Assembly: GCA_977017575.1 (NCBI GenBank)
Contig: CDRNVI010000053.1
Coordinates: 310,001-374,000, forward strand
Source of the DNA: Paramoeba atlantica
Lineage: Eukaryota; Protista; Discosea
DNA: 64,000 bases
Direction: 5' to 3'
In this document: in pieces, positions 28,898 through 39,100 of the stretch
Layout: every line of letters starts with the position of its first letter
Position numbering within the stretch: the stretch's first letter is position 1
Translations under genes and position numbers: made by a program
Notes under the pieces: generated by a model
Told to the model about the DNA's origin: nothing
What the model saw: only the letters and a program-made list of their open reading frames with translations
Databases searched by the model: none

Positions 28898-31354
28898 ATG
28901 CCGAAACAAGAAACTCAAACTAAGAATTTTGCATCTTCCATTGATGCTATAACGCCACAAAAAACGTTCAACGTGGCGTGCGCAATACCTTTGAAAGCGA
29001 GGTCGGAATCATCAGTCATATCCTTGCGAGAAAAGACCTCCCTTGGCTATTGGACTTTACGTGGGAATGAACTACGTCGCTCCTCAAGTTTGCCCAGCAA
29101 TTTCAGTTCATATTCTCGAACGGGTTGCAGTTTTACAGAGTCTGAGTGCTCGCCTTCTGTTGTTACAATAGATGAGTTATATTTGGATGACATAATTATA
29201 GCCAGTACAGATGCAGGGCCGCACCAATTGCAATTTTTACACGATGGCCTATGTGTATTTGCGACACAGGTGCCTCCCTTAATTGAAGAGATCTACTCAC
29301 CCATGGATTTCGTAGTAGCACTACATTATGAGGAAATTTATAAAGTGCTAATCCGCGAAACGCGTTTATGTATGCTGTTACATCGTGAAGTAGCAAAGGA
29401 GGTAATTCTGCAAATGTGTGCCCAGCTCGTAAAGTTCCTAGTGACCAAGTGTCCTATAGGTGATTCTGTTTTCTCATCACAAATACAGAGGTATATTGAA
29501 CCTATTCCTGTCGTAGTTCGCTATAACTTGTCTACCCCATTGTGTGAATGGATTAGTGTTGTCCTTCGTGAGCGATCAGCAGGTCTTTCGGAATCCTCAA
29601 CAACAAACTCACAATATAAAACCAAGGTCATGATGTGTATGAAAGAATGCGACGCCCAAATTCGTGACTCACTGGATGAGTTTTCAAAATTCGTAATTCG
29701 ATTTGCCACTAGCGATGATTTTGTAACCTTTTGCGCTTTAGCTTCGGAGACCGCACTTGATATTCTAGACATCACATCTCGAGCAGAGGAGCAGAATGTC
29801 GTCAAAACCATTCCATTATCACCTGATAAAAATGGACCACGTCCTTCGAGTATTCGCACGAACTTTCTAAACTCGATTACGCAATGCGAAACTGACTCCA
29901 TGGACTGTACATCCGAATCTAACCCTCCCAGTTTTCATGTGAGTCCTACTGTATCTGTTTCCTGTAAAGAAGAAATTGATCCTTGTTCTTCCGAAGGAAC
30001 GCGACCTTCGAAAAATACTTGTTCAAACGAAGCCGGTACTTTCTTTTTAGATTCACCTGACGCACTGCAGACCCTTCCCCTCTCGGAGGAATCAATGTCA
30101 AGAATAGAGAAGAATGACAGACCTCGAGACCTTGCTTGCAGATTAGGAAATGGCAGAAACCTAAACGTCGAAGGATTCGTTATAGATGACACAATGTACA
30201 AAACGTCAGATTCGATCAAACAAATTGAAAATGGTCAGTTTGAAAGTATATTTGCTAAAAGTAGCCAAAAGCGGTCGAGTGAGGATCTGAGTAGTCCCAC
30301 TCCCTATTTTTCTAACGAGGAAAAACGGATTCGTACGCCTGATATATCAGAAACATTTGTCTCATCCGTCTACACCCCCCAAGATGCACTCTTAGGACCG
30401 CTTCAGGAAAGCGAGGCATTGTTATGTGAAATGGAGAACTTGGAGACGGCAGATGAGCATGACACTCGAGCAGTGCACGGCACGGAATTACCAATTTATT
30501 TGAAGTCGAATGAATCGTTTGCGCTCTGGAACACATACGTGTGCGACAGAGAGAAGTTTGTAAACGAATATTTCGATGGACTTGCAATCTCGTTGCTACC
30601 GAAAGCGGCAGCGCTTCAACGGGCCCAGTTGCGTTTAATGTGGAAAACTGGACTTAATCAGTTAGTAATGCAAGCTCGACAGAGAACACTCTATTTTGAA
30701 AAGAATGTAAGAAATGAGGAGAATCCGAAGACATTACCGCGCGCCAGAATTTCTATAGACACTCACTTAGCAAAGGGAAAACTTAGACAAAAAGAAATGC
30801 CTTTGAAAAAAGAAAACAGAAAGCGTCGTCGGTCACAGATTGACAAAACGTCCATTTGTAAAAATAGCAAATATGGTACTCAGAATAAGGCAATGAAAGT
30901 GTCCTCAACAAATTACCAAAAAAAGACTAGGAAGAAAGAGGTGAATTTGAAGGAAACGAAACATGTTTTTAGTGTTTCACGCAAATGCGAAGTACATGAC
31001 ATGTTCGATCTTCGTATTCCATTGGAAAAAACATTTTTTTCACAAAAGAAAAAAATTAAAGGTAAATCCAGAAAAAGTAGAAACAGACCTGTTGATGCAA
31101 CATTCGGATACGGGTTGACTTCTACAATCCTAAGTACAAGAGGTCATTCTGCAACGACTCGAACCCCTCTAAAGCGCTCTCCAATGAATCGCACGGGTCT
31201 CATTTCTCTAAACTCGGATCGAATTGTACGTGCGCTAAATAAACCAAGTGCCACGAATCGTGATAAAATGAATTGCGCATTATTCTCCCTGCGGTGCACC
31301 ATGAACAAGCTGTCAAAAGGTATAAGTGAACTTTATAACCTCATAAACGCATAA
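28898..31354 (+). CDS. Hypothetical protein (818 aa) with a basic C-terminus
   Basis: Long ORF on the cluster strand; K/R-rich NLS-like stretches; no family recognised. Confidence 0.65.
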   Translation: MPKQETQTKNFASSIDAITPQKTFNVACAIPLKARSESSVISLREKTSLGYWTLRGNELRRSSSLPSNFSSYSRTGCSFTESECSPSVVTIDELYLDDIIIASTDAGPHQLQFLHDGLCVFATQVPPLIEEIYSPMDFVVALHYEEIYKVLIRETRLCMLLHREVAKEVILQMCAQLVKFLVTKCPIGDSVFSSQIQRYIEPIPVVVRYNLSTPLCEWISVVLRERSAGLSESSTTNSQYKTKVMMCMKECDAQIRDSLDEFSKFVIRFATSDDFVTFCALASETALDILDITSRAEEQNVVKTIPLSPDKNGPRPSSIRTNFLNSITQCETDSMDCTSESNPPSFHVSPTVSVSCKEEIDPCSSEGTRPSKNTCSNEAGTFFLDSPDALQTLPLSEESMSRIEKNDRPRDLACRLGNGRNLNVEGFVIDDTMYKTSDSIKQIENGQFESIFAKSSQKRSSEDLSSPTPYFSNEEKRIRTPDISETFVSSVYTPQDALLGPLQESEALLCEMENLETADEHDTRAVHGTELPIYLKSNESFALWNTYVCDREKFVNEYFDGLAISLLPKAAALQRAQLRLMWKTGLNQLVMQARQRTLYFEKNVRNEENPKTLPRARISIDTHLAKGKLRQKEMPLKKENRKRRRSQIDKTSICKNSKYGTQNKAMKVSSTNYQKKTRKKEVNLKETKHVFSVSRKCEVHDMFDLRIPLEKTFFSQKKKIKGKSRKSRNRPVDATFGYGLTSTILSTRGHSATTRTPLKRSPMNRTGLISLNSDRIVRALNKPSATNRDKMNCALFSLRCTMNKLSKGISELYNLINA

Positions 31355-31939
31355 GCGTGTTAAAAGTGGTATATTTCACTACTTAGGCTATTAGTTTCGA
31401 TCATATTTGCCACAGGATACTTGCCACAGGTATTATGCTTGGTGTGTTAGGGGCCCTAACTTATGGCCATTATATGTCTCTCTTCAGGTTGCCATAATGA
31501 AATTAAACTCTAGACGAACTCTAGACGATCTTGCCATTAAGTTCTTAGTATTGTACGACAGCGATATGCTATCAGAATTCAAGCGACATAAAGATGTTTA
31601 CTTTTTTTTTATGTGGAACTACGTTTGTTGACATCATCTTGCTCGATTTCAGCAATCCACTCAGGTTAACATTGGACAGACAATTATCCCCCTGAAACCC
31701 CATATAATCTTGCACGAGAGAGAGATAATTTACTGTGTTTCTTGCATCCAACGTGTTTATTCCCTATAAATTTGTTGTAAACGAACTGAATCTTTAAACG
31801 GACATGAATCTACGTACATAACGCACGTGAAACATAAACATTTTTTTTAACACAGCTTTTGGGCACCTTTGAATATCCCAAATATTTTTCTACACATCAT
31901 ACATAAATTCTTATTCTCATTTCATCTGTATCACGCCAT

Positions 31940-33130
31940 ATCTTTCTTCTGTTTCCTCCTTTCTCTCCCTCCTTATGCAACCTTCCTCCTCCTCCTGCGC
32001 CGGATGCGGCTCCCCCCACCCCACCCTCGCCTGCCCCACCTGCAAGGAACTCCGTCTCCCCCCCACCCTCTTCTGCACCCAAGCCTGTTTCCGCAAAAAC
32101 TGGAAAGCCCACAAATCCACCGCCCACAACCCCGACGCCTGTACCCTACGCACCATGCCCGACACCAGCCTGCTCTCCTTCCCCTTCACCGGTGCCCTTC
32201 GCCCCGGGCGTGTCACCCCGAAGCGCCCCGTCCCTTCCCATATCCGAACCCCCGACTACGCCTCCCACCCCGACGGTCGCAGTCTTCTTGAAGAGAACGA
32301 TCTCCGAGGCGCCATCCCGGTCCACGCGGACCCCAACGTGGTTGCGAAAATACGAACCGTGTGTGCGCTCGCACGGGAGGTGATCAACCTGGCCATGACC
32401 CATGTCGCGCCCGGGGTCACCACGGAGGCCCTGGACCGGGTCGTGCATGCGGCCACGATTGCCCGCGGGATGTACCCCTCCCCCCTGGGGTACTACGGGT
32501 TCCCCAAGTCCGTGTGTACCTCCGTGAATGAGGTGATCTGTCATGGCATCCCCGATGCCTATGTGCTGTGTGAGGGGGATATTGTAAACCTCGATGTGAG
32601 TTGTTACCTCGAGGGGGTCCATGCGGATTTGAATGAGACGGTGTTTGTGGGGAAACCGTCCAAGGCGACAGTGAGGTTGGTACACTGTGCGTATGAGTGT
32701 TTAGCCGAGGCGATCGCGTTGTGTCGTCCAGGGTGTTTTTACCGCAACCTGGGGGAGGTGATCACGCGTCGGGCGGAGAAAGAGGGGTGTAGTGTGGTGC
32801 GTACGTACTGTGGTCATGGTGTAGGGGAGCAGTTTCATTGCGCCCCGAATGTGCCTCACTACGCTAATAACAAGGCGGTAGGGGTGATGACTCCGGGACA
32901 TGTGTTTACGATTGAGCCGATGATTAACCAAGGGGTGTGGAGGGATGTTACATGGCCGGATAATTGGACGTCAACCACGAAGGACGGGAAGTGGTCGGCT
33001 CAGTTCGAGCATACACTGCTGATAACAGAGAACGGCGTGGAGATTTTAACGGAAACCGAGGAGCCGTATTACCGTAAGCAGCTTCGTGAAATGGGAATCG
33101 ATCTTCCGTAATGCAAGGGGGTGATAACAC
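31940..33130. other. GC-skew inversion island 4 (MetAP1)
   Basis: C-rich 31940-32340, G-rich 32400-33000. Confidence 0.85.
31975..33111 (+). CDS. METAP1: Methionine aminopeptidase 1 with N-terminal zinc finger
   Basis: CPTCKEL..FCTQACFRKNWKAHK; FPKSVCTSVNEVICHGIPD; DLNET; GHGVG; FTIEPMIN; SAQFEHT. Confidence 0.97.
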   Translation: MQPSSSSCAGCGSPHPTLACPTCKELRLPPTLFCTQACFRKNWKAHKSTAHNPDACTLRTMPDTSLLSFPFTGALRPGRVTPKRPVPSHIRTPDYASHPDGRSLLEENDLRGAIPVHADPNVVAKIRTVCALAREVINLAMTHVAPGVTTEALDRVVHAATIARGMYPSPLGYYGFPKSVCTSVNEVICHGIPDAYVLCEGDIVNLDVSCYLEGVHADLNETVFVGKPSKATVRLVHCAYECLAEAIALCRPGCFYRNLGEVITRRAEKEGCSVVRTYCGHGVGEQFHCAPNVPHYANNKAVGVMTPGHVFTIEPMINQGVWRDVTWPDNWTSTTKDGKWSAQFEHTLLITENGVEILTETEEPYYRKQLREMGIDLP

Positions 33131-33314
33131 CCGCATCCTCGTTGAGCATCTGGAAGCATAGACGAAAAAAGTGATTAGGTTTCATATAGTAGCAAAAAAG
33201 AAATGCATTGTTCAAAAACTTGTTCTTATTCTTGATACGATTCTGCTTACTTCATACACCCTCCTGGGATGAAAAAAGTCTATTTTAAATGTATTTCCGT
33301 TTTTTAACTCCCCG

Positions 33315-34748
33315 ATGAGAAAAGTACAATCCTTCGGCCTGTATCAATATTCGCGGAGAAGTATAGCTTACTTTGATTGTCACCCGGGACTCAATACTCC
33401 GTTCTACAGCACACGAGACCGCCCACGTGGAATCGGGAAGCAGCTTGTAGAAACCCAACGTCAATCTTCTCGTCTGGAAAATGGGACACGTGTGGTTACC
33501 GAGGAGAGACAAGGCGCATTCTCTGGCATAGGAGTATACGTACAAGCCGGGGCGCGGTACGATCCTATCCAACTTCCAGGGCTCAACCATGTCATGCGTT
33601 GGAGTTTCCTCACATCAAACTTGGACTCATCCATGTTTCAAATTGACCGCGAATTTCGTGCTGTAGGGGCCAGTTACGAGCATCACGAGCTTTGTAAAGA
33701 GCTATTGGGTTTCAAAATGGAATGCAGACGAGATTTGTACAGCGTGCCTCTGCAAAAGATGTTTTCATGTGTCTCCATACCGCGTTTTATGGAGACAGAA
33801 GTCGTACGCTACCGCGATGCCATGGATGCGATTACAGAAGAACTTCGTTGGAAGACACCACGGCAGTGGTGTATTGAAGAGGTTCTTCAGCTAGCGTTCT
33901 ATCGAGAGCCGTTAGGAATGCCTCGCTATGTTCCCCCTCACATCAACGATGATATTGGAAAGGAAGCCTTACTTCAGCAGTGGCGAAAGTGTTTCCACCC
34001 CAATCGAATTACTCTCACTGGAATCAATGTAAGTCACCAGGAACTAATAGCGACATTCCAAAATCACGAGTTCGCACTTTCCAGCTCCGCCCCACACTTT
34101 CGTGAATTCAAAAATGGATATCAAGTAGGGCCCTCCTGTTTCCAAGGAGGCAAAGATCATGAGTTACATGAGAAACGTCAGAAGGTGATGACAAGTATGC
34201 CTTACATGGAAAATGAAGTTATTGGGGTATTGGCCTGGCGCACTTATGGGATGCAGTCATTGAGGAATTACGCAATCGCATGTGTGACCGTGCAACTTTT
34301 AAGCATTGAGCTGCAGGAAACCATTGAAAACGCCTCCGAGTCTACAGTTGAGGGATTGCGCTCCTTTCATTCTCCTTTCCTTGAAGTCGGAGTTTGGGGT
34401 TTTACCTATCGTTCGCGCTCCGAGGACGCACGGTTAATGGTTGAACAAGGTATCAAATTTATGCGTGGGCTCAAACCGACCGAAGAGGGTCTCGGTACGG
34501 CAAAGCATCGCGCAGTTTGTCGGTTATTTCATGATCATTTTGAGTGTGCCCGTGACTATATGGACTCTCTCGCACTGTCTACATTGACCGACAGTTCTAA
34601 ATTCACTGATGTACTGGAGCAGGTAGATCAAGTGACAGCTGGTGACATTAAAGGCTGCCTAGAGTTTGCCTTAGACGAGAAGCCCTGCATGTACTCCACA
34701 GGCGAAGTCCTCCTTATTCCGAGTCTCCGTCAATTAGGGTTTAAATAG
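33315..34748 (+). CDS. Mitochondrial processing peptidase alpha / bc1 core protein (non-catalytic M16)
   Basis: LENGTRVV, GVYVQAGARYDP, SNLDSSMFQIDR, AFYREPLGMPR match the recalled kinetoplastid alpha-MPP; no HxxEH. Confidence 0.85.
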   Translation: MRKVQSFGLYQYSRRSIAYFDCHPGLNTPFYSTRDRPRGIGKQLVETQRQSSRLENGTRVVTEERQGAFSGIGVYVQAGARYDPIQLPGLNHVMRWSFLTSNLDSSMFQIDREFRAVGASYEHHELCKELLGFKMECRRDLYSVPLQKMFSCVSIPRFMETEVVRYRDAMDAITEELRWKTPRQWCIEEVLQLAFYREPLGMPRYVPPHINDDIGKEALLQQWRKCFHPNRITLTGINVSHQELIATFQNHEFALSSSAPHFREFKNGYQVGPSCFQGGKDHELHEKRQKVMTSMPYMENEVIGVLAWRTYGMQSLRNYAIACVTVQLLSIELQETIENASESTVEGLRSFHSPFLEVGVWGFTYRSRSEDARLMVEQGIKFMRGLKPTEEGLGTAKHRAVCRLFHDHFECARDYMDSLALSTLTDSSKFTDVLEQVDQVTAGDIKGCLEFALDEKPCMYSTGEVLLIPSLRQLGFK

Positions 34749-35019
34749 TTAAATAGTTAGGGTTTAAAATAGTTATTTGCGTCCAACAATGGCGTTCTTC
34801 GAAAAAAATGGCATACTGCAATTTTAAGAGTATTTAACGAAACAAATTAACGATACTGGCTCATAGTTTGTTTACCTCAGTGTAGAATTTTATTATGAAA
34901 GCATTGGCTGTTCAATAAAATACATTGAAATCGAACGCGACCCAAGAATTGACTACATGCGTCCCCTTTTTTTAACACACTTTTAACTACACTTTTATCT
35001 TTTTTTTGCTATTATTGAT

Positions 35020-35950
35020 CCTCACTAACCACCACTTTATTTTTCCCTGTCCCCTATCCCACCACATGGTAATTCCACAACACCCTCTGTTTACTTTCTT
35101 TCCACCCTAAAACCCCTTTTCCTACCCTATCCACCTCCCCTCCCCATGCTCCGCCGCCCCTCCCCCCTCCTCCTCCTCCTCCCCTTCACCCCCTCCCCCC
35201 GCTCCCCCACCCTCGTCCTCGACAACGGCATCCGCCACGTCCAAATCACCCGCCTCACCCACCCCTCCCGCCACCAGGCCCTCTCCCTGATCCCCATCCC
35301 GCGGTTCGCCTCCCGGTCCTTCCTCGACGCCTGGTGCTACCAGCCCTACATGCGGGACCACCACATGGTGGTGAGCGACGACATCCACGCCCCGCTGCAA
35401 GTCGCCCCGGTGCGCTGGATCCTCCACCGCTTCCCCGCGCTGGCCTACTTCCACCCGGGGAACCTGCCCGCCGCGCTGGAGCTCGGGATCACCCGGGCGC
35501 AGTTCGTGCAGCGGCAGCGCCTGATGCGACTCCCGTGGCGGTTTCTGGTGTTTCGGAGTGCCCGGGCGCGGGACCGGCTGTGCGGGCCGTACGTACGGCG
35601 GCAGGTGGGGGAGCTCGTGGGGGAGTCCTATGGGGCGCATCCGATAGGGGGGGCAGGAGGAAAGGCGGGGGGAAGACCCACCGTGGAGTCGTTTGTGTTG
35701 TTGCTGAATCCTGCGTGGGTGCCGCATGCGTTGGAGAGGTTGCGTGGATTGGGGTTTGAGATCGAGGAGACACGGTTGGTGGAGGTGGGGAATGATCGTG
35801 ATCTGGCGGCGTTGGAGGCGGTGGGGGATCTTTTTAATGTCACGTTTTTATATTATTTGCTTTTTCTTGCGGTGCTGAGTAGTGCCGGTGCCGTGCGCTC
35901 ATTCTTTTTAAGAGGTAAGGAGTGGCGTGACAAAGAGAAAGAGTTAACTA
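35020..35950. other. GC-skew inversion island 5
   Basis: C-rich 35020-35470 starting in the spacer; sharp switch near 35480; G-rich 35500-35830. Confidence 0.9.
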
Positions 35951-35955
35951 CGTAA
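35146..35955 (+). CDS. Putative mitochondrial membrane protein
   Basis: MLRR presequence-like start; C-terminal TM (FLYYLLFLAVLSSAGAV); motifs DAWCYQPY and AYFHP recalled from trypanosomatid hypotheticals. Confidence 0.7.
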   Translation: MLRRPSPLLLLLPFTPSPRSPTLVLDNGIRHVQITRLTHPSRHQALSLIPIPRFASRSFLDAWCYQPYMRDHHMVVSDDIHAPLQVAPVRWILHRFPALAYFHPGNLPAALELGITRAQFVQRQRLMRLPWRFLVFRSARARDRLCGPYVRRQVGELVGESYGAHPIGGAGGKAGGRPTVESFVLLLNPAWVPHALERLRGLGFEIEETRLVEVGNDRDLAALEAVGDLFNVTFLYYLLFLAVLSSAGAVRSFFLRGKEWRDKEKELTT

Positions 35956-36137
35956 CGAGTGTATTTGTACTATGTGGAAATTCACATTATGCCGCACATG
36001 TATTGACTTGTTTTCTAGTATCTGTAATTATGAATTACCCCCGCAATAGGCAAAGCATACGAGTGTTCAATTGTTACTGATATTTGAACGCAGAAGAGTA
36101 GTAGAAATTCGATAGAAATATAGAACCTTTCATAACA

Positions 36138-39100
36138 ATGCCGAATTTGAACCGTGCAGTTCTGTACATTAGACGACTTTCGAAAGGTAAAATAGCCAAT
36201 CGCTGTGATTGGTTCCGCTGGGATCAGATATACGGTCATTCATGTTTGCCCGCTTGTGGCGCAGTGTCTCGGCACGCTGATATGCACTTGCGCCCGCATG
36301 GTACTACACAAAACCTAGTTCTGCGCTGCTGCAGTAGTGCTGCTGTGGATGAAACGGATGCCGACAACTTAGAAGCTATTGGTGAACCTGACGAAAACCT
36401 TTTAGAAGCCGCTTTGCCAGTAATGTCAACGGAAGAATGGGATCTTACAAACATCTCCCCCATTCATTCCCTAGATTTTCTCGCGCTTGGACGGCTTCAA
36501 AATTTCATTAAGCGCCATCCAAGAGCAGTTTCAGGATCCGAACGGGACGACATGAAAACTACTAGTTTGGAGAAGCTCTGTGTCGTGTCGGGGAAATTTG
36601 ATGACGATACTGAATTATTCAAGCTTTCTTCGAAACGGCTTGACAATGCAGGCATTCTCTGCAGGGCTTGTGTCACTTTTCCATTGCCCAAGGAAATTAG
36701 CGATGATACCCTACAGGGAATCGGATACGCTTTGCACGCCAGAGAAGCTATTCATGTTGCTTCAATGCATGCTGAGCGCCAACTAGATGCGCTTGGTATT
36801 CCTGTTTGTGGATTGCGCAGAACGCAAATAAAATATGCCGAAGCGAAGCGAGCATCAGGTCTTGCCGCCCCATTTCCGAATGACCCAATAAAATCCTTAA
36901 AGGATACCACACTGCCCAGTCCACTCCGCTTAATACGAGAACACAGATTGCATGAGATTCAGAAGTTGTACATTCCAGTACGATATAACAGTTTTTACGG
37001 AAATCCACATGCTCTGGTGAGTCCTGTCAATGTTGATGAATTTTCCGTTGATCGCATTACTGCGTACTGTGCACATCATCGACCACAGGTAAAACTTTCC
37101 GAGCTTTGTATAAAAGAAGTCATCAATTCTGTAGAAGCTAAAGCAACGAGGGATAAAGGTTTTTTAGGTACCGCAGAAAAGGGTGATTCTACAGAATCTG
37201 TAACTGCCTGGATACACATTACTATCAGATTGCCTGTTCCGGAGAAATACGGAACACGGGATGTGAAAGGTTTTGCACCCCATAAAAAAACTGCTCTTAT
37301 TCTGGCGTGTATGCATGGGGAGCTGTTGCTAGATACACTCGGTATCCCCATTTTCTCGAACACTGAACAGCAAGAAAAACATGCCAAAGTCTGTGAAATG
37401 TATGGTCGAGGCGCTCCGCGTCCTGGTGATGAACCCGCAGCATCTTCTACAATAGGTCCGCCGGCCCTGAGAACCTTGTTTCCTGGCGAAAGTATTCCTG
37501 TCGGGGACCCGAAATGTGTTGACTCTCATTTGTCGAAGTACCGCGTTTCGCACATAACATTTCTTCCTGAGATACAAGACGTGTCATCAATCGATAGCAG
37601 TGCAATGAAAAAAATACAAGATTACTTTATTACACACGGTAAAGTGGATATGGAGCAATTTTACATAGAAAAAATTGATGGAACAGACTGTAATGGAGTA
37701 TTTAAGGCAGTCCTAGCATTGCCCATCGCAGACAACCGGCACGAACTCGCAGTAGGAATAGCGAACACTGCGGCACGAGCAAGAGAAGTGTGTGCCATGC
37801 ATGCGCTTACGATTATTGATCACATTACGAAAGAATCTCACATCAACGTCGAAGATGATGCACGTTCCCAAGGACTAATTCGGCCCCCTTTACGGTTCTC
37901 GAACGGCATGGATCGCATTCCATCTTTGCTGAATTTCATGAGAAAAGAACTTGAAAGCACACCTGTATCTTCCCGCACTGCAGTGGGGTCACGAAAGCAA
38001 AGGTCTAGAAAACTCTCATCTGAACTACAGGCTGATTCTGAAGAGTATATTCTTGTTCCTCCGGAAGAAACTATCGGAAGAGAGGCCAGTGAAATAGTGG
38101 CACTTACATCGCCGCGAAAATTCGATGCTTTTTCAGTTGAACGGATTAACGACTATCTACGAAGGCATGGAACTAGCCCTGAATTCGCGACAAACGTAGA
38201 AAATATTGGAGACTTAAGTTCGAGCCAGTTCTATCGAGTGAAAATATTTCTTCCCACGCCACCAGGATATGGACCTCGAGTAGGGATAGGTGAGGCCCCT
38301 AAGAAGCAAGAGGCAAATATACTCGCTCACATGCATTGTGAACTTATACTGGATCATTTGGGTATTCCATTATTTGACCATGAAGTACTTCAAAAGAAAC
38401 ATGCAATGGCGGCTCGAAAGCACAAGAGATTTGCTCCTACCCCTGCCGATGTAGGTTCTTCATTTTCTACACCGTCTCCACCTCCACTTAGAAAAGAAAG
38501 AAATGATTCTATGAAATGGTTGCGCTTCTTGCGAGAAAAATTTGAATCTCACAGTATAGATATCTCAGCGTCTCATGTCCAGACTGCACAGACTTCCACA
38601 TGGGACTATGTCGGTCCAAAAGAACTTGACTACGACGCAAAGCTTAAATTATATCACCACATTGTCACGCACCCCAAAAATCGCAATGTAACGACGCTCG
38701 ATAATCGTTTTGAAGTATCACGTAACGGTGAAAGTGGCGCTTCTTATTACTATTGCAAAATGAAAATCGATGTTCCCGAACACCGCGGGAAGATTGCGGA
38801 AGCAAGAGGTTCCGCCGTAACTCAGAGGGATGCAGAAATGCTATGTTGCATGCACGCGCTTCGGATTTTGGATGCGTACGGAATGCGAGTATTCTTTATT
38901 AAAGGTATGCAAGACAGGCACGCGAAGCAGGTAAGAAAAGCCGGTCGGTGGGCTAGATTTTCTACAGAACCTCCACCCCCAGCGTCGGACAACATATCCT
39001 TTCCGAAGGCTTTACGCATTGATGCCGCAGGACCAAAGCCGAAGCCACCGCCAACACCTTCCATCTGTGATGATGGAGTCTGGAATGCTTTTGTTGATGA

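Noticed and set aside
34734-34776. Two TTAGGG units at the alpha-MPP stop
   Set aside because: Small local duplication (ttagggtttaaatagtta), not a telomeric array
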